A DNA stretch of 63,998 bases, the filler included, from Porpidia crustulata (lineage: Eukaryota), in assembly GCA_964255105.1 (NCBI GenBank). It is 11 parts of 11 records of this genome, joined end to end, with 100 filler letters (N's around TTAATTAATTAA, not from the genome) between each part and the next. Parts side by side here need not be neighbours in the genome. Positions count along the whole stretch, not along the records: positions 46,721 to 52,439 come from CAXUWE010001722.1; positions 52,540 to 58,253 come from CAXUWE010001723.1; positions 58,354 to 63,998 come from CAXUWE010001748.1; 8 more parts are not named here. One strand, given 5' to 3'. The notes under the pieces were generated by a model that did no database searches, was not told where the DNA came from, and worked only from the letters and a program-made list of their open reading frames with translations. Made by a program: the position numbers and the translations under genes. Within the stretch, counting starts at the first letter, position 1; every line of letters starts with the position of its first letter. Of this stretch, positions 51,768 through 63,998 are shown piece after piece.

Positions 51768-53188
51768 TGGAATCACCGAGTACTTGGGTGTGGATTGATT
51801 TAAGAACTATCGTGTGGCTTGGGGAGGTTTGGCTCTTTACTGGCTCTTTGTGACCCTCCTTACCTCACGTGCCGATTTCAGCAGTAACCCTCGTAGTAGT
51901 GCTGTATATGAGATGCTGAGGCCGTTTCACATACCTAAAAGTGCGCGGATATTCACATCACAGCGTATCGCCAACAAAGAGTCGGTCAATTCTGAAGAGA
52001 TCGGGATAAAGATAAATACACTTGAAAGCTAAAGGAGTTTCCGTCAACATCCTTGGTGTTACCTCCGATCGATTCGAGATCGGAAATACCACCGTCCAAA
52101 CATCTCCTGAGTCAAACCTCTCAAAGACTCCAGCACGTTTTGAACAGGAAGCTCCATGCACGCTGTAAAACACACGCAAAAAATTCCCGAATATCCCGAA
52201 GACCTCGCAACAATCTCACAAACCCATACTTACCCGTGTCAACGCATCGCGAACAATATCAAGCTCTCAGGACCAACGAAAGTCACAGCTTTGCACCAAA
52301 AAGAAAAGGATTGGGGTAGAGATAATGCATCAACCATTCTAAACGATAAAAGAGAACGAAAACACATTCTGGTGCACGGATGATTGCGCTTGAGACGGTT
52401 CACTGTACATGTAGTCTAGACAAAGAAAAAGGGAAGGGANNNNNNNNNNNNNNNNNNNNNNNNNNNNNNNNNNNNNNNNNNNNTTAATTAATTAANNNNN
52501 NNNNNNNNNNNNNNNNNNNNNNNNNNNNNNNNNNNNNNNTCTCCATATATTCCGGTCCTCCAGCATCGAACTGCTCGTTTCAGATATACAATGACCATAT
52601 CCAAGAAGTTACTAGACGGATGGTAAAAGATAGCTTTCCGCATCGCGCTAAATTACGAAATTGAGAGAGAAGAGAGAAGATCGAATGATAGATGTAAAAT
52701 TGTTGGGAAAAGAAAAGTGTGAGAGAGAGGTGTTTCGGTTATAGTCGGGAGATTGATCTACCACAATATCATCCTCAAGTGTCAAACTCGACTTCAATTA
52801 AATCATCCAATTCGACTGAGGAGACGAGGAGAGAGTGGAGAGAGGGTGAAAAGGGGAAAAAGGATGATACGGGGAAAAGGGGAACTTTGAATTGGCAGGT
52901 GTGGTTAATATTGCAGATTTAGGTTGTTCTATATCAAGGTTTTGTTCTGGATTCATGATCGATTTCAGGGGACGAAAATCGAAGTATGTAGGTTGAGAAA
53001 TTGATTGATTGATTACTCAAGGCTTGGGATTATGATACAGGTCAGGACAAATCCCCCTTTTTTCCCAGCGCTCGGCTGTTTCGAAGCATACATCGTGGTC
53101 ACGGTCCTGCCAAACGCCCATACATTCATCAAATCCCATAATCACCACCTGAAACCCCTTTCTTTCTTTCCATTGTTTCTTTCCCACC

Positions 53189-53767
53189 TCACTCAATCGA
53201 AATCTTCTTCGCCTTCTGCGCCGTCGCCTTGGGCACCGTCACCGTCAAAATCCCATTCTCCAGCTTCGCCTTGACCGCATCCTGATCCACGCGCGACGGA
53301 AAACTGAACGAGCGGTGGAATTCCCCGACCGAGCGCTCCGAAACCCAATAGGTCGCTTCGTCGCCCTTGCCCTTGCCCTTACTTCCGTCTTTCCCATTTG
53401 CTTTGGCTACATCCTTGCCATCCCCCCCTTCTGAAGCAGATCCCGCTTCATCCTCCACAGTCGCCTTGAGCGACTTCTGGCCCGCGGCATTATTCCCGGC
53501 CTCGTAGGTGCGTTCGACGCGGCCCTTGACGACGAGGGTGTGCGGGTCGGAGAATTCGAGGTCGATGGCGTTTTGGTCGATGCCGGGGAGTTCGCCGTGG
53601 AGTTCGTAGGCGGCGGGGAGTTCGCGGACGTCGAATTTGGGTTGGAAGGCGCGGATGTGGGATTGGGTGCGGGCGGAGGAGGAGGAGCGGTGGGAGTCGT
53701 AGTCGTCGAGGAGGCGGAAGATGGGGGCGAATTCGTTTTGTTGGGGAAAGCGGGGGAAGAGGGACAT
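53189..53767 (-). CDS. Small heat-shock protein (Hsp20/Hsp30 family)
   Basis: MSLFPR..FRLLDDY, FQPKFDVRE..YELHGELPG, WVSERSVGEFHRSFSFP, AKLENGILTVTVPK. Confidence 0.95.
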   Translation of the reverse strand: MSLFPRFPQQNEFAPIFRLLDDYDSHRSSSSARTQSHIRAFQPKFDVRELPAAYELHGELPGIDQNAIDLEFSDPHTLVVKGRVERTYEAGNNAAGQKSLKATVEDEAGSASEGGDGKDVAKANGKDGSKGKGKGDEATYWVSERSVGEFHRSFSFPSRVDQDAVKAKLENGILTVTVPKATAQKAKKISIE

Positions 53768-53922
53768 TTTTCTTGGGTTTGGTGGTTTGTTTTTAGGGGG
53801 GTTGGTTTGGATTGGATCGGTTGGATTGTTTGAATCGAGTGTTTTTGAATCTCTGGTTGCTTGTCTTGTAGATGTTTGTTTGACTGATGAAAAGAAAAGA
53901 GTTGAGGTCAATCAAGGTATTG

Positions 53923-54001
53923 TTTATATATTCCAATTGTCGATGTCCAGAGCTTTCCAGAATTCACTAGTAACTTACCTTTCATCCAAATCTGAAGGGG
54001 C
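53923..54001 (-). promoter_or_regulatory. Putative Hsp20 promoter: TATA box, HSE-like and STRE-like sites
   Basis: TATATAAA (minus, 53923-53930), TTCcaGAA at 53955-53962, AGGGG at 53996-54000, upstream of a heat-shock gene. Confidence 0.5.
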
Positions 54002-54896
54002 ACGTGGATCCATTGCGATGTTTCCGGCAAGTTCTCGTCACTTCTTCGTCATTCTATCGTATTCTTCGGCCACGCAAAGTTGCGAAAACGTCACATCGAC
54101 AAGCAAATGATAAGGCAATCGCAATTACATGTGGAAATGATGTAAAATTGGAGCCAATATTATCCTTAATTCAAAAAACATTGATTCTGCTTCAAAGCTG
54201 AGGTGAAGATGATTCCGTATTACAAACGCGGCCCTGTTTTCCCTCAGTCAACAATTCGTATCAGCCGATGTAAATCGAGTTCAGGATCCATTGGGAAAGA
54301 TTCTAGACATTGGTTTTGTTTCCGATCAAGAACACATCAATTGACTGACTGTTGACATCCAACTCATTGACGACTGAGATGTTTCTCGAGGCTTCTGTAG
54401 TGGTTCGGGCGCTATTTCGAAAGCACTAACCAGATTTAGAAGCTTGGAAAAAGGGGCTTCAAGGTGGTCATTGGCGATGTCGACATTCTGACTTTGAGAA
54501 TAGAGCCGGCGTATACAGGCATACTCCAGGATATTTGATGACTATATAAGGAAACCAGCATTGAAATGCGGCGAGTAATCGTGTTACAAACTGTTGATCT
54601 GCTTTCTACGGTTCTAAGACGGTTTATCTAGGATCTATCAGTTGCATTTACTCGTCGGAATGCATTGCTAGAGATTCTCTGCCGACGTATACGGTCTCTC
54701 CTATGATCTATAATTTGCAGATATACTTAGAAAAAGGCTCCTTCAGTGGCCCGAGGATTCACAGCCGCCAGCACTGCTCAAGCACGGTTAGGAACAGGAG
54801 CGCTTTAATCCACAAGTTCCTCCTATTCCGTCTTGGCTCCAAATTACGACGCCTATGATTTCCACCTGAATCGCCAGACCCATATCAATGAGCAAC

Positions 54897-56003
54897 CTAC
54901 GCAGTTCCCATCTGCACGAATGGTCTTCCATCGCCATTTCTCGGTCTTGACGGTTTGACAGCAGTGATTGTGGTCCGGATTCGCTCCATTGGTATGCTCT
55001 CGGGCTCCTCATGCTTAGGCGGTAACGTCTGATATCCTTTCATCTTTCGACGGCTAGAACGAGATCGTACTGTCCGACTGAAGAGAGGTCGGAGAGTTGG
55101 CAAACATGCACCGACGATACCCACGCAGACTTCGGCAGCTGACCACACGAAGGCGTCGACGTCTGACCCTATGGCTTATCAGTGATTGTGAAATCTTACG
55201 TAGAGGACGGCATACATGGTGCATCTGATGGAGAAAGACTGGCCATCTTTGGGACCCGGATAATGCTTAAGACGCACGCGCTTTGACGATCAAATGTTAG
55301 CAATGGCCTCAGCAGCGAGGTTAGGATTGAAGGCTTACATTCCACCAGTAAGGAATATGCCAATCAGTTGAAATTTCCGCTCTGTTGAGATCTGTAGCCG
55401 CCAGAGGAATGGCATAGGCAAGATTACGGTCACCAGGTCCGTGACAACGTTCAGTGAGCCTACCACAATAGCATTTGTATCAAGGCGAGTGCATTTCCCA
55501 TTTATAAGGGGCTCCCAGGCTGCTTCAATCGGCTGACAGTTGAATATGATCACCAAAGCCTGGCTGGTTGTATAGCAGAGAATGAAAGCACCAAAACACC
55601 ACAAAATTATTTGGAAGCGACGATTGGGGAAGAGGCGACGGTACATCAGCAACACCGAGAGCTTGACTGCCGCGATTGCAAAGCTGTACAATACCCCAAT
55701 TGCAATAACCATCTTGGCAAAGGGGACCGGGTTTTGGAGGAGAACAGCATGTCTTCCAGCGCCGAACCGTACAGCGAGGAAACCACTGGTGATTTGTCCT
55801 GTATATAGGGACAGAGCTGCAATGATCAACCAGTCATCTGCTTGGAGCCGAGCTTTGATCGATCTTCGGGATATGAACCGCAGAATCACTGCAGTAACAG
55901 CGAGTGGTAGGCACAGGGCATGCGAGATAATGAGGTTGGCTGAGCGATTTTCGTGGATGTGAGCGAGTTGATACTCGATTTCGGCTGGAGATGGTACAAC
56001 CAT
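54897..56003 (-). CDS. PTH11-like (fungal rhodopsin-domain) integral membrane protein
   Basis: LRFISR..QADDWLI, GAGRH, AVKLSVLLMYRRLF, CQPIEAAW, TDLVTVILPMP, WSAAEVCVGIVGACLPTLRPL; two introns. Confidence 0.9.
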
Positions 56004-56826
56004 CGGGTTAAGTGGGCCGTGTATGTATGAAGGCCTGAATGAAGAAAATAATGATAGGGAGCATCACGGTTGCTTTATGAATCGTGAACAAGGTTGGACC
56101 TATAGATAGAGTAGGAGGAAATGCGAGATTTTGAAAAGACATTTGCGCGGATATCATGAGGATGAGGGATGAGGCTGAGGGAAATGACGATGGTGGGCAG
56201 AGATTGAAGTACATCCACAACATAGCCATACACACACAATTGAGCTCGTACAAAGATCGCTTATAAAACACAGTCTTCCTTCTCATTCATGCAGTTGACC
56301 AATCAAGTATCTGCTCTCGTCTCTTATTATTTCCTCAGTATGCATACCGCTGTATATACTTGCTCCTGGCCATTTATGTATTAGCAAGAGTCGCACCCAG
56401 GCTACTCTTCAACTTCAATTCGAGCCTTCGTATTCTCTGCTGGAAAGTGTTGCATTCTGTAGCTTGTAAATATGCAACACACTGCAAATGGTTTGCTGTG
56501 CCGCTATTCGATCTGCAACGAAGAGGGAACACCCTCACATTTGGTATTCAGGAAGACCTATGATTCGTGAATAAATCCATGCTCTCCCATGAAAAAAAAA
56601 TGAAAAAAGATTAATATCTTACTGAATTAAGGGTGGAGGGGCTACTCGAGTCAGATAGATACCCCGCTTCAGGGGTAAATCCGACTGGCTCAAACCTGTA
56701 AAATCTTGCAAAAAACACTTCCATCCACTGCTGAAGTGGAATCTGAGAAGGCTGCACTGTGCCGTTTCATCCTTGAAAGCTGAATACATTTAAGTGGTCA
56801 CAGTCCGCCAAAGGAAAGCCTCTCAG

Positions 56827-58253
56827 ATGTCTTTTCTAGCTCTAGAAGGACTTCACGTCTTCATTACTGGAGCAGCTGGTGGAATCGGCAGTCAAGCGGT
56901 GCAAGAATTTTTGGGTATGTATGTATTTACAACACCCTCGCTGCGGATTGTTATAAATGCTTACAAACATGCCGTTCAGATCAAGGATGCAACGTCACAG
57001 CCCACGACTACCGGCCCAGTCCACTGAAAACGGCAGCGAACCTCTACACCATCCAGGGGGATATCATTGACGAAAGTTCCGTTGGGGTCTGCATTGGGAA
57101 AGCTAAAGACCGTTTTGGTCCAATCAATGTTTTGGTGGCGAATGCAGGCATCACGGATGAAAGCAATGAATATCCGATCTGGGAGACTCCGCTGGATTTA
57201 TGGGAGAAAACTTACCAAACAAACATTCGCGGTACTTTCTTGACCATTAAGCACTTCCTTCGCTCAGCGAAAGCCTCACAAGAGCAACAAGGGTCAGAAT
57301 TGGAGAATCTCGCGATTGTCGTCACAGGGAGCGAAACGGGAAAATTCGGGCAAGCAGGGCATACCGAGTATGCCTCTGGCAAAGCCGGGCTACAGTATGG
57401 GCTTGTGCGCGGTGTCAAGAACGAGATTGTCAAATTGAACAGTAGAGCCAGGATCAACGCTGTGGCTCCAGGCTGGGTCGATACGCCATTGATCGAAGGG
57501 CGACTGGATGATCCAAAGGAATTATGGATCGAGGCGCAGGCTACCGTTGCCTTGAAGAAGATTGCAAAGCCCCAAGACGTTGGGCGGACTATGGCCTTCT
57601 TAGCATCTCACCGTGCTGCAGGTCACATATCAGGGGAATGTTTGAGCGTTGACGGAGGCATGGAGGGACGGATAGTCTGGAAAGAGGCCGAAGTCCTTAC
57701 TACTGCAAAGCCTTCCAAAAGCTCGGCGTCTCCATTAGCTGCCCCAAACCCCAGTGCAGGCCTTTCGATGCGCCCTTTATCTCAGAAGCGAAGAATTCGT
57801 ATCGCACTATCCGTCGACTTCGATGCACTATCAGGCTGGCTTGGCACCGGCAAGCACCCCGATAACAACATGGCCGACTACTCGCAAGGCTTCTTCGCCG
57901 GCAAAGTCGGCGCGCCCCGCCTCATCCGACTCTTCAAAAAGCTCGGCATAGCCGATAAAGTCACCTGGTTCATCCCCGGCCACTCCATGGAGACCTTCCC
58001 CGCCGAAGTCCGCCAAGTCGTCGACTCCGGCTGCGAAATCGCCCTGCACGGCTACTCGCACGAGGGCGCCTACCAAATGACCGAAGAGCAAGAACGCGAC
58101 GTCCTGACCAAATGTATCGGCCTCGCCACCGCCCTCACCGGCAAAAAACCCGCTGGCTACCGCGCCCCGCTCTACCAGCTCCGCGAATCCACCGTCGATC
58201 TGCTCGAGGAACACGGCTTCGCCTACGACACCTCGCTCTCCCACCACGACTCC
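56827..58253 (+). CDS. Fusion of short-chain dehydrogenase/reductase and CE4 polysaccharide deacetylase (PuuE/HP0310-like), 3' truncated
   Basis: TGAAGGIG, ANAG, YASGK, NAVAPG, SVDGG (SDR); S/P-rich linker; VDFDA, TWFIPG, HGYSHE, GYRAP, YDTS (CE4) in one uninterrupted frame. Confidence 0.88.
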
Positions 58254-59413
58254 NNNNNNNNNNNNNNNNNNNNNNNNNNNNNNNNNNNNNNNNNNNNTTA
58301 ATTAATTAANNNNNNNNNNNNNNNNNNNNNNNNNNNNNNNNNNNNNNNNNNNNGGGGTGACGGGTGACGGCGGGGCTTGCGATAAGCCTTTCAACCATAT
58401 TAATTTAGAAATTTCCTCCCTCGGCACTGACCATTTTGGCGTCACCAATTAGGGGAATCACCAGCGCATTAGGCAGTTCACCTTTCTCTCATTCACACCA
58501 CTACTGGGAGCAACAGCTTTATTTGCTATCGTCCCGCATAGTGCTCGAAAGGCCCGAGCGTTGGCAATCGTTGTTGGAGTAACAATCTGGAGCTACCACT
58601 GCCAGGGAAATATTTCCCTGGCGTATGACGTGTAAATATAGGCATGTAGATGCTGTTGGGAGAACTACCTTATTCAACACACTGATTTTCAAAGTCAAAT
58701 TCTCACGGTGGCGAAAATGCCTTTTTTAAAGTTCCCAAGAGGAAATCCCCCCACGCTAAACTCTTTTGAGGCTGCTGGCCGATATTTCGTTGACAGAGGG
58801 AAACGATCGAGGCAGATTCCCAACCCTTCTTGACCGAGGCTATCTCCATTCTTGTTGCATTAAGATGTCACCTGAAGGGACTGGTGGACAGTTGTATCAG
58901 ATTATTCAGCTGTCAAGTGGTGGTATGTGAGTGAAATTCTCGGATGACTTGCAGCACGGGTGTGCTCGGGCCACCCAGCCATAGCGGATCTTCGATGCAA
59001 GACATCGGCACTTTGTTCCATCTAGATGCTGTGTGGTTGCTAGAGCTCGAGATGTAACTCTGCGATCTTACTGTAGATAGACTTACCCCGCATTTCGCTT
59101 CTGAGCTTTTCGTGGCATACGTTTGAAGCTTGACGAGGAAGACTGCAAAATATACAAATCCGCGGGGACCTGCTCCTAAGTCAGAGAGACAAGACTTCGG
59201 GCCATCTTGGGAACGGAAATGCTCCAACCAGCTTCGTACCTTCGACCTCGGCCTGATCAGGCCATGGCGAGGAGACTCCTTACATGCTGGAGCCAGCAGA
59301 TCGAGGCAGAGATTGTGGAGCTTTGGGTACTCTAGGTAGTAGCAGACTTAGATTAAACACTTGACACCTACCTTTCGCGTTCTAACCAATGGAGTGCTCA
59401 ATCAGCCACAACG

Positions 59414-60857
59414 TCATCTCGACTTCGCTCGTTGTCGTACCAGTAATTGAGCCAGTGGTGTATCATCTTCATCATAGAACTCAATCTCTTCATCCACACC
59501 AAAATCGGCCAGTCTGTCACCTTCGGAATCACGCCATCCTTCCTCCCCTCCACCGAGTTCATCATTACTGTCTGAGATTTTGGTCCTCTCACTTTCTTCC
59601 GAGCTGGCATGTTTGTAGCGTTCATGAAAGGGCCTACGTCGAAGGGCTGTCTCCGGGTGATGGAAGCGTTTCAAATCTTCCTCCTGCCTGAGGCGGAAGG
59701 CTTCGAGTTGCTCACGGCTTGATCTCGAATCGTCCTGGTATAGGAACGCCTGATTGTTCGCGGGTCCCAACTGCCTTGGCATACGATCTGGGTCCGGTGG
59801 CGGCCATGATCGAGCAGCATCTGAGACTGTAAGCTGATTTAATTCAATCAGTACTATCAACCCTCACCTTCGAAGCCATTCGTCTCGAATTCGAGACCAG
59901 ATTCGAGAGATGGTGTCCCGGCGAATGGCCAAAGCCATAGAACAAGGCTACCGCCCATACCCTGTCTAATGTTTTGATATATTCCTATATCGTATGGGTA
60001 CTCTTGTCTGGTAATCTTGATCTTGGTACCATCAGGCCCGTCAAGATAACCCCCAAATACTTTGGCTCGCCGAAGAAGCGTTTCATGTCGTTCAATCTCC
60101 CAGCCTTCAATTGTTGAAATGTTTGCCCCCAGAGTCCAGATGTTACGCGCTAATAATAACGTTAGAGCAAAAAGCGTGATGGAATTGGTAATCGATATAA
60201 CGAATAGAACGATCAAATGGGTCGGAGAAGGACCGAGGTACTGCATCATTGTTATGGGCCACAAGCAAAGTAGATTGGCAGGTAAGGACACATACACTAG
60301 GTAAGTTACGTCCACTCCACACGATACCCAAACGAATATATAGGAAGTACTCCAGATAGCTCATTGATATGACAGCATAAAACAAAAATCGGAAGAAATG
60401 AGGAAAAGTGCGATGAGAGACGCAATTGGCGGTCCAAGGGCAGTGATGGTCCATCTTTGGTATACATCTGCATTGCAGGTTCAGAAGTCGTCATACTTTG
60501 TCGATAGATTTCTCAAGTATACCTTTGACAGACTCTGCAGTGATGTGCCCGTGGCGGCTTCGAAGCATCGCATCTTCTGCACCATCTCTGCCTCTTCTCA
60601 GCAGATGCTTCTAGACTACGGGATGGATCGCGGTCTAGTAGAGATGAGGTCCAACTTGAAGGCACTCGACCTGGATTAGTGAAGCATGCTCGGCCGTAGC
60701 AGACCCACATGCAGCCTACGAGAGCATTAAATGTGAATGTTTGTTTATTGGTAAGCCTTCCTGGCTCAATAAAACCAAAAAGAAGCTGAGAGCCGTGTGC
60801 CAAAAATATCACGAGTGTGACAACCCCAGGTAACGCGAGCTGTGATACTGAAAACAT
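59414..60857 (-). CDS. PFA4: DHHC palmitoyltransferase Pfa4
   Basis: WCRRCDASKPPRAHHCRVCQR|CIPKMDHHCPWT, STIEGWEIERH, YPYDIG, GLEFETNGFE, WPPPDPDR, WRDSEGDRLADFGVDE. Confidence 0.92.
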
Positions 60858-60959
60858 GAAGCTACAGCTTGTCGTTCGGTAGGATTATAAGAATCAGGCA
60901 CGTACGCCAACCGACTTGGAGTTTAGCGCCGTGAGGCATCACGTAAGCTGATTTTACTA

Positions 60960-61104
60960 CTCGTTCCCACCCCCAAACGGTCCGCACCCCCAAACGGTCC
61001 GCCCCACCTAGGGTTAGGGCTGTATAATAGGGTTAGGGTTATATTGCCTGATTTGCTTAGCGCCGACCGTTTGGGGGTGCGGACCGTTTGGGGGTGGGAA
61101 CGAG
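60960..61104 (-). mobile_element. MITE family A, second copy in opposite orientation
   Basis: Same TIRs and TA flanks as 48539-48684; interior tagggttagggc..tagggttagggttatattg is a diverged reverse complement of copy 1. Confidence 0.93.
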
Positions 61105-61485
61105 TAGCTGTTAGCGAACAGGCAAAGGCACAAACATTCTGATGTTCTCGAGTTATAAACCAATTGACTGACGTTCTTCCCTATATGCTCAAGACAGTAA
61201 GAGAATAGAAGTGTATAACAGGTCACATCCATCTTGCGGTTCTGACCATACCTTACTCTAAGTGAATCTGGCATCACGTGGACTCGCGTGGCTAGCGCGA
61301 GGTCGAAGTGGGCCATTTCCCTTCGTCATCAACAACGAACCTCCATTTAGATAGGTTCTATTCAGCAATATTAATTGGAAAATTTCATATCAGTTCTACT
61401 GCTACCATCTCCATCAGCTATGTATAGTTGTAGTGTCAATATCTTAGCATTTAGTCCTATCTCGTGTTGACGACGATTTTCAAGC

Positions 61486-63998
61486 ATGCCCATTACAGTA
61501 CTTCCTTCTCATACAGTCTCTGCTATTAATTCGTCGCAAGTCCTTACAGACTCCGCTTCGGTGATCAAGGAACTAGTTGACAATGCTATTGATGGTCGTG
61601 CAACGGCCATCTTTGTCGAGATATCCGCAAATACTTTGGACATAATCCAAGTCAGAGACAATGGATATGGCATTGCTCCCGGGGATCGAGACTTGCTCTG
61701 CAAGCGACACTGTACCAGTAAGATTAGGGACCTTGAAGACCTTGCAAGTGTTGGGGGGCATTCTCTAGGATTCCGGGGTGAGGCATTGGCCAGTGCTGCT
61801 GAGATGAGCGGCTCTCTATTCATAAGTACAAGGGTAGAAGGCGAGCCAACAGCCACAAACATGAGGATTAAGCGGCAAGGTGGCATCGAGAGGTACGCCG
61901 TTGGGTGAGCTATTACATGCAGCACTAATCGTGGCTATCAGCGAAGAGAAAGTATCCCATCCAGTGGGCACAACAATTCGAGTTTTAGAATTCCTTAAAG
62001 CTATACCTGTGCGTCGGCAGACCGCCTTAAAAGCGCCTTTGAAGATCCTTGCGAAAATCAAAAAGCTGCTTCAGGCTTATGCTATGGCTCGACCATCGAT
62101 CAGACTTTCGCTCAAAGTTCTGAAGGCGAAGAATGACAAGTGTAATTGGATGTATGCGCCGAAGAATGGCGCAAACCATGAGACAGTGTTAATTGATGCG
62201 GCCACTAAAATTCTGGGAAAGAAGGCGGCAGAGCAGTCTAAGTGGACAGTTTGGTCATCATCACCTGATGTAGATCTAACGACGATAGATGATGAGAAAG
62301 TTACTGAGAACGAGATCTATAGGATCGAGGCATTTCTACCTGCGCCAACGTGTGGTAAGTAGGGCAGCAGCCGCGGATATTATGTATATTAGTTGCTGAT
62401 AATTTTCTTAGATAAACTAGCTATCAATAATATTGGGCAATTCGTCTCGATCGATTCCAGGCCAGTGTCTTGTGTCAGAGGCACCCTTAAGCAGATGATC
62501 AGTTTATACAAATCGTATCTCCGCTCTAACATCTCATCTTCCGACAGCCAGAGGCTTGTGGATCCATTCCTACACATGAACATCATCTGCCCACAGAGCA
62601 GTTATGATGTGAATGTTGAGCCAGCAAAAGATGACGTGTTATTTACGAACAACGATAGGTTCTTGAAATTGATCGAGAGCTTTTTCGCAAGTGTCTATGG
62701 AGAGAACAAGGTGAAGGATGCTGAAGACCCTCGTCCAAGAGCGTCAAAGTCTAAGCTACAAGGATTTGAGCTGCTGCTTGCAAGTAAGCCACCACCCAAA
62801 GCTGCTACTGTCCAGACGGAGGATGGGGACAATGACGGAAATGTGATTTCCGGCGCCAACAAGCAGAAGAGCAGAGTGATTCGTTCACCGAATGATCTTC
62901 AAGATCCGGAGGTATCCCCGCATGACAGAACTCTTAATCCTCTTCAGGATGCGGCAAAAAATCACAATTCACCGCAGGGCTCTCTAACTTCCGAAACGGT
63001 AGTGGAAGACAATGGTGGCTTGCTGAACAACGCCACAACGAGGTTGAATAAGCATCTCTGGAAACGAGGGATGTATGCCGGCGATGACGACGATGATATC
63101 ATAAATTTGCACGTGGGCCTTGACAAATCCAACCAGCAGTCTATTGAGGCGGTTCGTGACGATGAAGAAGCCCTACGTGATTTGACTGTCTCAAATCCTT
63201 GGGTATTTGCAAAGATGAACACGTCACTTCGTCATATGAGAAAGGATCGGGACGCTAGAGCTATGATAAGCACCAATGAACAACTGTTAACGCCTGTGCG
63301 TCAAAGAGGCGAAGCCAGCGACAGTCCAGGTCCGTCTGAAAGGCAAAATCGGTTTGGCGAGATACTAAGGCACGAACATCCTACCTTAAAAGGACTCCGT
63401 GCGAGAGTAACTCCGACCGCGGATCCCCAATTTCCTCCGCCTGAGCCTTTCCCCTACCCCTTGAGAGCTTGGAGTAAAGGAGAGAACAGTCGTAAATCAA
63501 CCATGGCATCTGTATTGGATAGACATCACAACAGTGGTGCTCTTGATCCATTGGTCCAGAAATCTCGGGGCATCCATTTGAACACTCCTGGCCGTGACGC
63601 AACATACCCTCTGGAATCAGAAGGCACACCTATCGGCCACTCCCATGGTTTCGTATCTGCGCGAACACTGCCCGCAGGTACTCCTCTGTGCGATATACCG
63701 AGCGCACGGTCAAACCCGAGTCGAAAGCCGGGACCACGAAAGCAGCAACAGTCATGTGTCAACAAGCCGTTTGTATCCCCAGTCGATAGCGGCGATCGCG
63801 TCTGGTTTGATCTAGAGCCAAAGTCAAGGACCAAGTCCACAAGACCGGCAAGATCTGGGACCAATGGAGTTTTGCCAGCCCACTATAACCAACTCCATGA
63901 CGACAGCGAAGACACAGATATTGCTACCGGACCTCAAAGCGGCGCGGCCTCTCTTGAACCATTCCAAACAGACCTCGCCTCGATAATGGAATACGAGC
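61486..63998 (+). CDS. MutL-family DNA mismatch repair protein (Mlh2/Pms1-like), 3' truncated
   Basis: VIKELVDNAIDG, VRDNGYGI, HCTSKI, LGFRGEALAS GHKL ATPase motifs; introns 61893-61941 and 62356-62411; YDVNVEPAKDDV; frame appears open to window end. Confidence 0.9.

Noticed and set aside
53540..53833. Antisense ORFs over Hsp20 (likewise over PAT1, DPP3, FSH1 and SDR-CE4)
   Set aside because: Shadow ORFs produced by codon bias of the real genes.
5752..58353. Regularly spaced TTAATTAATTAA repeats as a biological array (CRISPR-like)
   Set aside because: Embedded in N runs; a six-frame stop linker added during assembly concatenation.

Overview
Fungal (Pezizomycotina) nuclear DNA, possibly from a lichen-forming fungus (inference from gene content). 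The window is an artificial concatenation of 11 contigs of about 5.7 kb, sorted by decreasing length and joined by 100-nt N44-TTAATTAATTAA-N44 spacers, so adjacency across spacers has no biological meaning. Intron-containing genes include KRE2/MNT1, PAT1, an AZF1-like zinc finger, ERG3, a Gds1-like protein, an SR splicing factor, a glycine-rich RRM protein, two PTH11-like receptors, a PNPOx-like protein, CPT1/EPT1, an MBOAT_2 acyltransferase, DPP3, PFA4, a MutL-family gene, an orphan chromodomain protein and an SDR-polysaccharide deacetylase fusion. An FSH1 hydrolase, an Hsp20 and a repeat-rich surface protein are single ORFs, and the 3' end of an NLR-like TPR gene opens the window. The most notable signals are: (i) two families of TA-flanked, Fot1/pogo-like MITEs whose short interiors carry telomeric CCCTAA repeats; (ii) two unusually long, structured introns and a 6-nt micro-exon in the SR gene; (iii) the SDR-CE4 fusion.
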